NCBI GenBank assembly: GCA_043228905.1
Contig: JBHGNT010000018.1
Location: 310,001-374,000, forward strand
Length of the DNA stretch: 64,000 nt
Direction of reading: 5' to 3'
Origin: Azolla caroliniana
Taxonomy: Eukaryota; Plantae; Polypodiophyta
How positions within the stretch are numbered: the stretch's first letter is position 1; each line of letters begins with the position of its first letter. The notes beneath the pieces were generated by a model. The model searched no databases. It was not told the DNA's origin and saw nothing but the letters and a program-made list of their open reading frames with translations. Both the position numbers and the translations under genes were made by a program. Positions 10,801 through 23,270 of the stretch are shown here, in pieces.

Positions 10801-12748
10801 GTTGCATAATGTCTATGTTTTCCTTTTGTACTCTATTGCATTGGCGACTTTGTGTGTGTGTGTTAGAGAGAGAGAGAGAGAATGCAGTACAAATCCTAGA
10901 AACAACCCATTCTAATAAACCTCTTAAAAAACCATTCCAAATCACATCCTCCTAGTCAAGGAATAGGCATAATCGATGCACAAGATTGTGTGGCAATAAA
11001 AGCAAATCTAAGAGGAAGTAGCATTGGTGGGGAGAAAAATAAATTCATATTTGCAGACGCAAACAAAGAAAATACTAAATAAAAGTATTAGAACTCCAAA
11101 TCTACAAAAAGTTAATACCACTCAAGAAGCTCTATAAAGCATCTCTCCTTTCCTCCCCAAAGATCCTCAAGATTTGACATCACAAATCTACTTTAAAATA
11201 CCTTAAAACATTCTGCATTTCTTCAAGTAAATGGTACGTCCCTCCAAACCTTTGTACTAACAAAGGTAAAACCTTTGAAATTCCCAAAAAAACATAAGTC
11301 CTTCATAACCATTCATCATTTTGAACCTCATGTATAGATATGAAAAAAGTAACGGATTCTTCAACGACGCTCTGATGAAACAGAGTTAGAGGTTAGCTAG
11401 CATCGTTGATAGTATTATTATTCCATTACCAAAACAAATTGCACTCAAGGCAATGTTTAACTTAGCTGTCCACTCGATAGCTAATAGGACCTATGATGAT
11501 CATTAAAGTGGTCTTCTTTCACCTTCAAAATCAGATTGCATGTCCCGAGCATCATTAACACCATTCGCTGTCTGCGACATACTGCCACCAGGGCCATTGT
11601 TCCAACTTAACTGTCCACTTGATCTTTAATAAGAACTCCGATGGCCAATAAAAGAATCATCTTTCAACTTGATTATCATTGCATACTATTTTTCTTTGCC
11701 ATGTGAAGAGTATTACATTACAGAATAGAAGTTGGCAAATTTAACGCCGCCACCAAACTTAAGATGCCCCAATTTGACCAAATCTTCCCACTCCAAAGCC
11801 AGCACAATGATAGAGAATATTACAAAACAAAAGAGAAATCTGTGTAACCAAACCCTCCAACTTACTAGTATTGATTTGTACACCATGCCAAATAAAGGAC
11901 AACCTGCTAAGATCCACACACCACACCAAGCATATATGTACAAAAGCAAGAAAGTCTACATTATCTCCAACACTCCAAAGTTTATCCCAAGTCTCAAGAA
12001 CTTCATAACAAGTAGTATTGACCACGTGGCTAGGATTGCTACCACCATATATACACCTAAGACCACCCCTCTATTATATGTATAAAACTAAGAAATCCTA
12101 CATTTTCATCATCATCTCCAACACTGAGAGTCCATCCAAGAATTGCATTATAAGTAATAATGCATACTTGAAATGGTATTCTCTATATAGCCTGCACCAA
12201 AGCAATAGGTTGGCTAATATCTCTCACTGACAACATAAACCATAATGGTATATAAACCCTTTCTAAAACTCCCCACCCCACTATACAATTTCATTAATAA
12301 GCTGTACATCATCTCATGTTCTTCTTAAGCTAATTATGTATGGACCTAACTCCAATCACATGGACCGCCTTATTTCGAGGGCATTAAGTGTACTGAAGGC
12401 GCCCTTGCACAGATATGGTTTTTTTATCTGTCCAAAGCGCTCAATACTACCCTGCAATCCATATGTCCATGGAGAACTAATATTAGCCAATGTTGTGACA
12501 ATTAAGGATGCTAAATTTTACAAAATTTCACAGGCATATTTTACAACCATAGCTGTAATCTCACTATTTTTCACATGCATCAGATAAGGTTACATAGAAT
12601 ATTTCACCACTTCACATGCACCAAAGGATATGATCAAGGCTTGAATACATGCATAGTTCATTCCACCTGCAAACCCTCATTTTCTGTTGATCAAGCCTTG
12701 ATCATATTACCTGGTGCAAACCCTCCATTTCCGCAAATTTCACATGCA

Positions 12749-14973
12749 TTAGATGAGATGATCAAGCCTTTGAATAGTGCAAACCTCCTCACCAAAATAG
12801 GAGAAACAAACTAGAAGTAAGATTGAATGCAAAACATTACCAATCATATACAGAAGGAGGGTTTGGAGTTTGTTTGTCAAATTTCTCAGGAATTGGTTTC
12901 TTCATCGTTCTGACACTCCCAGAATGAAAAACGCTGCTCCAACCAATCTCTCTTTCGGGAACTGCATGTGTAACATTAAGATGAAGGAGAAATTAAGAAC
13001 TAGGCACTATCACATATGAATTCTTTAAAAACTTCAGACAGCCATCAATCAGGACAGTAACAAGCAAATTCTTTAAAGGTTTCAACCAATTATAAATCTG
13101 GCCACAAACAAATAAATTGTTAGGCTTCTAGCAGTTATAAATCTGGCTACTGACGAATCAATTTTTAAGGCTTTACATCAAATACTAATCTGATAGCTGA
13201 TAGATGAATTCTTTAAAGTTTGGTGGAAGTTATAAATCTGACTGATAAGATCTAACAGATAACATCTTTAAATTCATCTAAAGAGTTACAAATCTGCCCA
13301 TTCACAAACAAACTTTAAAGCTTTCTAACATTAACAAATGAAATGATATCATCACAAATGAATTTCTTAAAGCTTTACTCATCAAGGTTTCAAGTATTTA
13401 TTACCATCATGTGACCCTAGAGCTGGAGAACAAGGAACAGACGCAGCTTTCCGCTGAACTCTTTCCCGATCGAAGTCTGTAAGATATATACAATTTCAGA
13501 TTCCAGAAGATATGACGAAAACATATAGGCTCTGATGAGGACAAGAAAAATCTGAACGTCTAGGCTAGCATAGTACCCAAATTTGAGTGGAACCTCCCAA
13601 GGTATAAGATGCAGACCAAACATATAGACCTGTGAATATTTAAGAACAGCAATTTGCCTTACCTTCTAAGCTAGAATATGGATCATGCAGATGCTATAAT
13701 ATGGTGGACATAGTTAAAGACAACGAAAACATAAAGGTTTAGGGTTGGATATTGATAGGATACCTAAGAATAAGAATAGACCGTACTTCTAGGCTATGAT
13801 AGCATGATGCAGCCAAGGACAAAACAAATCAGGTCTACAACATAGTCAAGAACAAGAAAGATTTAGACTTCTCCATTAGTATATAGACAATACAGTTAAG
13901 AATGAGAAATATTTGGACAGCTATAATTGTATATGCTGATCCAAATTTCTACAGGATGATATGCCCAAGAACAAGAAACATCTGTACTAGCATGAAAGTA
14001 TCTAAATGTCTAAGCTGGTAAAAGCTTACAAACAAGAAAGATCTAACCTAATTTCTTCAGCCCTGAGCTTCTAAATTAGTTATGGCCCAAGATCAAGATC
14101 TAGTAAAGAATACCAAAGGTCTGAACTTTTAAATGAGAGCATGCTCAGGAACAAGAAAACGAGCTGGGACATCAGAGCTACTCAGCTAAGGTATACTTGA
14201 GAACACAAAAACAAACTTGAACTTCAAACAGTGAGGGTATGATGAGGAAAAAGAAATGAATCTGAGCTTCTACACTAGAATATCCACCCTAATTGATAAA
14301 GATCTATAACACCGAAACTGTGATAAAAGAGTTCAAAACCAGAAAAGGGATCAGTAACATACTGCTGAAAGGAGATGCGGCAAAAGAGGAGCTAGGGGTG
14401 CTTGGAGCTCCTGGAGTTGAAGGAGCGGAGTCGGTATAGTCCATATCCAGAGAATCGATCCTCAAACGAGGAGGCTTCTTCAGTATAGGTATGCTCTGAG
14501 CCACTCTCCTTGCCTCCTCCTGATGGCGAAGGAATTCACTGCTTCTTCTGCGGCTCGCAATAAATTCCTCGTCTAAAGTCTCTTCTAGATCAAGAGAAAC
14601 ATGAAGAAGGCTTAATAGAGAGAGCAGTGTTGAGGAACTAGAACGTAAGAGCAGATCTCGCAGCACAAACAAAAGAAACGCACACGCACGATAAGGAAAG
14701 TGAGTAGTGTAAGGAAATAAGTGAAGCAGAACGGGGCATACAAACATGAGAAACACATTGACAGAGAGAGAGAGAGAGAGAGAAACAACAATTCAAGCGA
14801 GTGAAAATTGACGAAGTAGTGTGGATCGAGCAGGAGAAGGAGAAGGAGAAGGAGAGAGGGAGAAGGAGCATACCGTCGAACTGTAGTTTAGGGTTTCTGC
14901 GCAGGCGACCGAGGCCTTGATCGGGTTGAGGACCAGCAACAACGTCATCCCAGAGCTTGTCAAGCAATCCCAT
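12749..14973 (-). CDS. DRM1: Dormancy-associated/auxin-repressed protein (DRM1/ARP family), ~153 aa. Exons 14973-14874, 14584-14363, 12961-12841 and probably 12767-12749
   Basis: N-terminus MGLLDKLWDDVVAGPQPDQGLGRLR, a PSTP-rich middle, and WSSVFHSG...KFDKQTPNPPSVYDW, all family motifs. GT-AG introns keep the frame. The last mini-exon (WLDHLI*) is uncertain. Confidence 0.88.
13010..14240. repeat. Degenerate intronic minisatellites in DRM intron 2 (~45-50 bp aattctttaaa/gttataaatctg units, then ~60 bp aagaacaagaaa units)
   Basis: Recurrent aattctttaaa and ttataaatctg motifs at 13010-13380, and aacaagaaa motifs near 13851, 13970, 14031 and 14150. Confidence 0.5.
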
Positions 14974-17900
14974 GGTACCGGATCTGTGTCTGTGTGTGTT
15001 GTGCGTGGGAAGGAGAAACAGATTGATTGAGACACAGAGAGAGAGAGAGAGAGAGAGTATAGGATGAGACAGACAGAAGAAGAAGAAGAAGAAGAAGATA
15101 AGCACTCTGACACAGAGAGAGAGAAAGAGAGAGAGAGATTAAGATTAGATAGATGGACAGACAGTATGAGTGTGTTGCTCTCTTCTTACATAAGAAAGAG
15201 TGAATTTGATATGTACATACATACATGGCATGACATGGCATGGGGTAAGTCAATATTATAACTTAGTCAAGTGAATCATTCTTTGTAAGTAAGTATGGCC
15301 GCATTCATCGAATGTCCGGCACGCACACACCGTTCGCGTAACACTGCACCACCCGCCTGCCCGATCTGCCCTACATAGAATTCGCGGACTCTTGAACAAT
15401 ATTGTTGCCCATATGTGTGGCATCACTTTATGGGTTCCATACCATGTCATTTTGTTGTTGGTTTCGAACGTAAAGGGCCCCGCAAATGTAAGCTTTCCTT
15501 CCATCCACTACGAGTCCTCACATATCTCTCCAACCCCTCTTCAAGGGTTGAGGTATGGCTAAGCTACAAACATATGGCTTGAATCTACTACTGATTAGAC
15601 GACCCCCTCCATCCACTACTACTAAAGTATTATCGTCCTTGAGCTATGTACCATACCAACGTATGATTCACTCACTAAGTTATAATATTGACCTACCCCA
15701 TGAACGTTGGCATGTGAACCTACTAGGTTCAAACTAGGAGATGAAAATGAGTGGAGCCTACTAGGTTCAAAGTAGGAGATGAACAACATAGACAAAATTC
15801 AAGGAGAATAATTTGCCCAAGGAGATATGGAAGATTAAAATAACATCACAATACAATTAAGATTTCAGTTTTTCTTAAGAGGTACTACACTTATAATATG
15901 GTGTCTTGGGTTCAAATGCAATTTTTTCACATATCCTTATTACACCATAGACGACTTCTTCCTAAATTACATGACTTCCTTTGTCCTCTGCTTTTGCCTA
16001 GCCCAACGATAAATCACGCATCTTTGACATAACATGCATGACTTTTTCCTAACCTACTCACCACATCAGTGATTTGACATCATGGTCTCCAAACAATTGA
16101 CATAGACATCTCAATTCTCGCTTGATTGCCAGTCTCCCGTGCAAGTAACTCATCCTTAACAAGGTCTCTTTAGATAACGTTCCATCTGTCACCCATAACC
16201 TCATGCCTTGGTGATGAACTCTTTTAAATACTATCTTATTATTATGCCCCCCCCCCCCCTTTTTCTAGCAGCATGAAGCCACATCACAATGTTGTGTGCA
16301 TATTGCCTTTGTATTAGGACCCACAAACCTCGGGTTCTATTCTAGTTAAATATTGATACTTCATAGTTATCCCACTTTTGAAGCATATGTAACTTGGCTT
16401 TCCGTCCACATCACGCTTCTATCAAGCCTTATCCACAAGCCTTCCACTTTTGAATTCGCCCTACTTCTTGGACATCATCATCCTTTTTCTTTTGCTTCAT
16501 ACATAAGGTATAATTTTTGAGAAGCAATATAACTTTAATAATCCGTCATTGTAAAGTTTGTGATTTTTGCTTTTTGCTTGGTTTTAGTTATTCTTCTTAG
16601 CATATTGTTTTGTTGATGTCAAGTTATTTTTCAATGGTACCATGTCCAAGAAAATGATGTAAGCTTATTTATTCTCCCAATACTAATAAGATGAGACACA
16701 CAAATAGACAAGTGAAAAGGCATCCATTGCCCCTTTAAGGCCTACATGGGTAACATGCAATGTTATTTAAATAAAATAAATTGCAGCTCTCCTAGTTTTA
16801 AGAACATTGCAACCCATCACAAACATAATTGAAGACCTTAACCCATGAGATTGCTTTGGAAAGATCTGGGCCTGAATTTCAAATTTCCACTTTACCATAT
16901 AATACATGTCACGACATCATCAAGGGACATTGCACAACTTAGCTTAACCATAGTCCACCCATTCGTTTACTTTAGTTCCCATGGTTGCATCAAAGCCCAA
17001 GTGTGCTAAGATAAGACGAAAATGTATGGATACAATAACCCATCTCTTAGGATGTTATTGTATTGTCAAGTGTCCATACAATCATGATATGACTTCCCAT
17101 TTTTGTACTAACCCCCCTTCTAGAGTAGCGATAAAATTACATGAAGCATCTTAGTACTCAAGAAAAGATAATATACGCAACAAATCATGAAATGGGAAGA
17201 AGATCATCAAGCAAGCAGAGTTAGGGAAAGTCATTATGTGTTGAAAAAGCTTTATGTAGTAATTGTGACATCACATTTGATGTGTTTGCTAGTATGCTAG
17301 ACATCAGACAACTAACCTCCTAAGTCCCAAACATTTAATGCAACTAGTCATCATCCAATGCTCTAGTCGTATGCCTAGGTTTCACAAATGGGAGGTACAC
17401 ATTGACACCTAACCACGCGTACATGTATGATTGTCATTTTCAAACTAACCAAATTATTATTCTTTGGAAAGATCGTCCAAACTTGAGACCTTGAATCAAA
17501 CAATCATAGGCATTAGTTGGAACCTCTATAGAATTTGTCTAACATGAAGAGCCTCATTAGCAAAGTTTAATCCAACAAGTACTCCAATTCCCTGTGTTGG
17601 TTGTTCTCCATTGTAAGTTGGGATGTATATAGATCCATCTCCTTAGCCTCTTTAGGCAAAGATTTATGGTTGCCCTTTGAATTTTACAAGAGGGCTTTAG
17701 GAAGTATCTTGGATTTCTTTCCACATACTTTGTATGTTGTAGCAAACTTGGTTTTCTTATCTAATGGAAGGATATTCTTTTTTGGAAAAAAAAAAGTACT
17801 CCAACTCCCTGTGTAGTTTTATATGAAGATGACAACAAAACTATGCAAGTAAGATTCAAGTTTCGTAAACATAGCTATATAACATTAGTAAGACCGAATA

Positions 17901-18010
17901 ACATGAATAAAAAACTCATAATGGTCAAATCATGTAGGAAATGCAAACTCAAAATGTTACAAGCATGACCATATAATATCCCGTGGTGAGAATTTACTGT
18001 AGTATTCTAT

Positions 18011-18022
18011 ACACGTGTCGGC
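18011..18022. promoter_or_regulatory. Overlapping ABRE/G-box (ACACGTGTC) and DRE/CRT core (GCCGAC on the minus strand)
   Basis: Sequence acacgtgtcggc followed by a CT-rich tract and TTATCC. Motif match only. Confidence 0.25.
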
Positions 18023-18299
18023 ACCCTTCTTTCTCTCTCTCCTCTCTATCTAGATCTATCGTTTATCCTTATCATTTGCTTACATTAGTACATATCTCTA
18101 ATACATAATGACTAAAAATAAGTGTTTGGCATTGTTATTACGTCTAATGCATGATAGATAATCGGCATGCATATGGAACATTAACCAACTAATTGTTTGT
18201 GGGGCAAGTAGTAGACGAAAAAGAACCAATGAATTACAGTCACAAATGTGAAATGTGGATCTCTGGAAAAAGCAAACAACGTAGTTGATTGCCTTCAAA

Positions 18300-18480
18300 C
18301 CCGAGATGTATAGGCATGGAATACAATGTTATCTACCCTGAAAGCTTGTGGTAGCATTTGGTTTTTTGGATAAAGATTATGTTGAACAAGAACATGTTGA
18401 AGAAGTATTGAAATAGTTCAAAACTATGACCTCAAAGGGCTTGTTTCCGAATAGAGCTACTTTTGTCGTTGTCTATGGAT
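18300..18480 (+). pseudogene. PLS-class PPR gene fragment
   Basis: Translates to TLKACGSIWFLDK and VEEVLK*FKTMTSKGLFPNRATFVVV, typical P/L motif pieces, with a stop and deletions. Confidence 0.55.
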
Positions 18481-21400
18481 ATGGATACCTTGCAATGTGT
18501 CTATGGAATAGCTTGTAATTAGTAGACTGTTTTCTCTACTTTGGAGTACATAACTTTGTTTCCTGAGCCATTGTCGTACACAAGATAGGTTTGGGGAAAA
18601 AATACTTTGTGTGTTGTAGTCGTTATGACCTTTTTATATAACTAATGGAAGGATATTTTGTTTTGAAAAAAAAACACCAATGGAACATTAGTATCAATAC
18701 CCCACAAGTTATGTTTTCACCTCCCCTACTTAAGTTATCAAACAATACTAGGTTCATATTCCATATCATAAGAGATGTGGGTAGACCCATTTGTCACTTG
18801 TGCGAACAAAACATAGGTTCCATTATCCATAAATATGAGTGTACTAGTTGGATAACTTGAGTAAAACATGGGCCAAATGCATACAATCACGTAAAACCAA
18901 CAAAAACATCGTAAGTATCCATATGCATGACATGAAAATTGTTGTGCATACATTGTGCTTGAATGATTAAGGGAACACTCTTGAATTGGAGATCCTAAAC
19001 CTTCACACTATCATCTTGCATCATAAAGATCACAAAAGATGAGTGTTTGGAACTGCTTGGAATGTAATTTCTTCAAAAAATCCAAATTGAGGAAATTACA
19101 AGTTGACATGTCAACATTATGGGCATTAACAATGCTGAAAAAATGATAACATGACATTGACTAACCTCTCAACCATCCTTCTCCCACGCTCTTCATTTAT
19201 TCCTAAGTTTCACAACATGGAATATACATTGGCAACTAAGTTCTTGTGCACACGCATGGATCTCATGTTAGGACTACCATGATCCTCACAACTCCAACCA
19301 AGTGTGCTAGCATGTTATAGGCATGCCGTCGCATAACCTTACGAACCAATTTTATAACTAACTTTAATGGGTTAAGGGTAGGATGGTTGGGAAACTAGTT
19401 ATCCTCGGAACCAAGACAAACCCATATGGATCTACGGTATGTAGTGGCCATGGAGCCTTTGATGTTGTGTTATACAACGGGGACTAGCTACCCCCTTCAT
19501 TGTGACATCTTGAGATGTTACCAAGACTCTTGTTGGTGAGGTGGAGCTCTTTCCTCCATATCCTCTCTATTTCACCAACCAAGATATAACATAAGGTGAT
19601 ATTCATAATTCAGTGGTATGGGACATCAATGCTATTTCATGTTTGTCTCGAGTTCTTTGCTTGAGGGCGATGAGTGTGGTTAAGCATCCTTAATTCATTA
19701 TTCTCTTTAATCTCTTTCTTTGTCTCATCGTTGTTTTGATCCATAATATAACACATCCATTGGATTGTAATTGAGTATAAAAGCTTGATTTCAATGTTAT
19801 TGAATGAATATGTTATAATATATTTATAGATTCAAGAAGTAAACATATGAAATTTCTAAAAAATGAATATAGTGGATTCAAGTCTTTAGCAATGCGGTTG
19901 GTGTCACACACATTACAAAACTCATATCCATTTTTTAGACGATGAAATCATGGTCATACACACATCATGATGCACTTAAAAAATAGGTTGTTTTACTGAT
20001 TGAAATGGTTGGCATTACCCATTGAAAAGAAATGCCAAGAGTTGGAATTCAAGCTTCTATCATAAAGGCTTGACATGGGTGCAAAACATTTAAATTTTCT
20101 TAATTTAATATATGTTGCAAGTCATACAAATTTATTGTGAACAAGAATCTAACGCACCTATGAGTCATGACCTTTTTTAAAGCTTTGATAATCTCTCGTG
20201 GCTTCTCTTATTCATCCCCAAGGTTCATGAATAATGTGCAAAGCATCATCATGTTGCACAATCTACAAAACCAAACTATCTCACATAGTCAAGTTTGATA
20301 TGGAACCCTCATAGTACTATGACCTCGACAACAAATGAGTGAGGTCACATGCACCAATAAGAGAAAAGAGTATCCAAGTAGTTTCAAGATTTCAAAGTTA
20401 AAGAAATTGTTATTGCAAATCTTCTAGAACCCTTAACAAAGAAAGTTGATCCGTTTCCTATGAAAATTCTCTCTATTCATGAACTTCTAAAACCATTTGC
20501 GAGCAAACTCTTGCACTCATCTTAAAATTTATGATGGTTAGTTGATTCTTTTTTGCTTGATGATGGTTGAAGCTTTGAATGTCAATGAAACTACATGGTT
20601 GGTCTTGTTACTAAGCAAAGAGGTTTTGTGCAATGTGGACGGCATATATTGCAATAGGAACCATGACAATGGATCTTTCCAATTATAGAAGACATTTTTT
20701 CCACAACCACCGTACAATGTGTTGACAAATCTTGTTGAGCATACAAAATGATGCATAGAACTCAAACATAGTCCCTAAAAAGTTTGTTTAAGTTCTAATT
20801 GTATTGTCAAAAGTTGATTGGACTTCAAGTATGTGGACAGGTGGAAGTATAGTTACTCAAAAATAGTCAACTGAAAGATTTTTGTATCCACATAGTCGGG
20901 ATATCAATTTCAAAGCCATGTTTAAGCAATCAATTCATAAACTATAATCGATTCACGTGATTGCTCCAAGCAAAACAAACAATCGAACTAGGTATGCCTT
21001 CAATGCACATGACTTAGAAAATATAATCAATTGAAGCAAATGATGTACGCAAGATAAATGATCAAATAAAAAATGGATCCAATAAATCTATACATCTTTA
21101 TAAAATGAGGCTATTATATAACGAAACAAGAAATTTACAATGCTTACGAGTCTTATGAATTTATATTCTCAAATGTGAGTGTTCAACTTGTGTCCAACTT
21201 GTAGACTTGTGTCTACAACCACAACTATTTCCCAAAGGGAAAACTTACTGCCTTCAGTTCATGTTGGCATAGTAATCTTGATACTTTCTGGCACATATTT
21301 CTGATGTAGCCCATGTGAGAGAGAAAATACCATAGTTTTAAGAACCAGTTTCCCATTTATGTTTCATATATCAGATTACAAAGATGTTTAAAAAATGGAA

Positions 21401-21555
21401 GGAAACCATTATGCAAAAGCAAATCAAGACTTGCCTTCATATAGAAATCACTGCAAAAATACAGAAACCAGAAACAAATCCCTCCCAAAAGAATTTGAAG
21501 AAAGGAAAAAAGTAGCTAGAGTAAAAATGCCTGTACACATGCACTCCACATTCCT

Positions 21556-22275
21556 TCAACCCGATTCAGTGTCAGAGAGATGCAAAAGAGTGCAATGACC
21601 ATAAAGATGGCCATTAAGACATACAAAATACTCAACCAAACCATATGCTCCCAACCTTCGATGGGCACTCTTAGGTATCATATTTGCATTCAACAAGTTC
21701 CAAACCCTATTGAAGCAATAGGGGCAAACCTCCTTTGATTCGAGCTCAACATGCAAATTGACAAACAATCTTCTTGTAGCTGATGTCAGGAAATCACGGA
21801 AAACCCCCCTGAAAATACCTATATCATCTTCTTCAGGATTCTTACATTGGTGTTCACAAGGATCACTAACATACAAAATGTCTGATCTACACTCAGGCAC
21901 TAGAAAGCTTCGGCCCGATGTCTTAGAGAATCTGGTCGTGCGCACAAAGTGAGGAAAAACAATTCTTGATTGAATATTCTGGAAGCCCGTACAATATATC
22001 ATGAGTCTAGCTAAGGAATCCCATCCTCCTATGATGCCCTTCCCACCTGGATCCACATCCGATACCATCTTGGGACCTCTTGATAAGCAAAATCGCTTCC
22101 AAAGATGTCTTTTAGAGAATTCAGAAAACCATCTGCATACCTGAGCAATTGTTGCAATGAGGAAAGGGTTCCAATTCTGTGATTCAAATACCAATAAAAG
22201 CACTTCTTCTGTTAAATGCCCATGGCTACATTTGCATGATGCCGAGTGAAGACATCTTCTGCGTTTTGTCTGCAT
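21556..22275 (-). CDS. EDL2: EID1-like F-box protein (EDL1/EDL2 type), 239 aa, intronless CDS; probable 5'-UTR intron ~22300-23314
   Basis: CLHSASCKCSHGHLTEEVLLLVF..NWNP, LWKRFC..RGPKM, RFSKTSGRSFL, LYVSDPCEH, GIFRGVF, CPYC and FVCLNGH are family motifs. gtaagt donor at 23314. Confidence 0.93.
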   Translation of the reverse strand: MQTKRRRCLHSASCKCSHGHLTEEVLLLVFESQNWNPFLIATIAQVCRWFSEFSKRHLWKRFCLSRGPKMVSDVDPGGKGIIGGWDSLARLMIYCTGFQNIQSRIVFPHFVRTTRFSKTSGRSFLVPECRSDILYVSDPCEHQCKNPEEDDIGIFRGVFRDFLTSATRRLFVNLHVELESKEVCPYCFNRVWNLLNANMIPKSAHRRLGAYGLVEYFVCLNGHLYGHCTLLHLSDTESG

Positions 22276-22379
22276 CTTGGTTTGTGAATATCACTTTTTA
22301 GGCAATAAGCAGCATTTTCTTTAAATCAAGTTCTGCATCTGGATCTCCATATAGAAAATAGACCATAATTATTTCCTTA

Positions 22380-23270
22380 GAGCCTTTTTCCTGATAAATT
22401 TGACAGAAGTTCCTTTTGTGGTATGGAGAAAAAGGAAACCCTAGTCCTGGTTTAACAGCACCTTTTTCCTGATCAATTGCACAAGCTCCTCTCATTAAAT
22501 GAAAATAAAACCCTAATTTTCAGCTTTGGACCACTTTCTGGTCAACTTAACCATTTTCTCTCCCAATAAGTATAAAGTGAAACCCTAATTCTGATCTTTG
22601 GACCATTTCAGATAAGTTGGACAAATTTCCCTCTCCTCAAGAGAGAAAGAAAAACCCTAATGTTTCTGGTTAGTTTGACAAGTTTTCTCCTGAGATAGGA
22701 GGAAAAGAAAACACTAATTTCCTCGAGTGACGAGATCTTCTTCTCGGAATTTTGAACCTATTTCTCACCCATGAGCCACTTTCTGAATGAATTGAGGTAT
22801 TCCTCTTGAAATAAAAGGAAAGTGACACCCTGGTTCAGGAGGTTTCTCTGATAACTTTGACCTTTTTATTCCCCTGATAAGAGAAGAAATGGAGCTCTAG
22901 TTCTGATCGATATATCAGGAAAATGAAACCCTTCTCACATTGGTACTTTTTTCAACAAATTCTGTGTTTTTCTCTGGGGATAAGAGGCGGAAATGAGACT
23001 CTAATTTCCTAACTCGGGCGTTTTTCTGATCAATTAGACATTTTTCTCTCCTGATGATAGGAAAACGAAGCTCCGGTTCTCGCCTCCGGACCTTTTACCT
23101 GATCAATTTCAGATGAAAATGAAACCCTAATTCCCACTTTCGTACCGTTTTTAGCAAATCTGATCATTTTTCTCTTGATATGAGGAAAAGGGAAACCCCG
23201 GCCAGTTTCTGTGAATTCCCCTCCTGCGAAGAATAAAAAAATGAAATAAATCGAACAAATTTCCATAACG
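22380..23270. repeat. Degenerate ~72-bp tandem repeat carrying telo-box AAACCCTA motifs in the EDL leader/intron
   Basis: AAACCCTA at 22436, 22508, 22580 and 22652 (exact 72-bp spacing), with further degenerate copies to ~23200 (e.g. 23123). Confidence 0.7.

Noticed and set aside
10880-12300. Possible LINE/TE remnant after a (GT)n(GA)n tract, with small diverged duplications
   Set aside because: No diagnostic domain motif, so it cannot be classified by eye.
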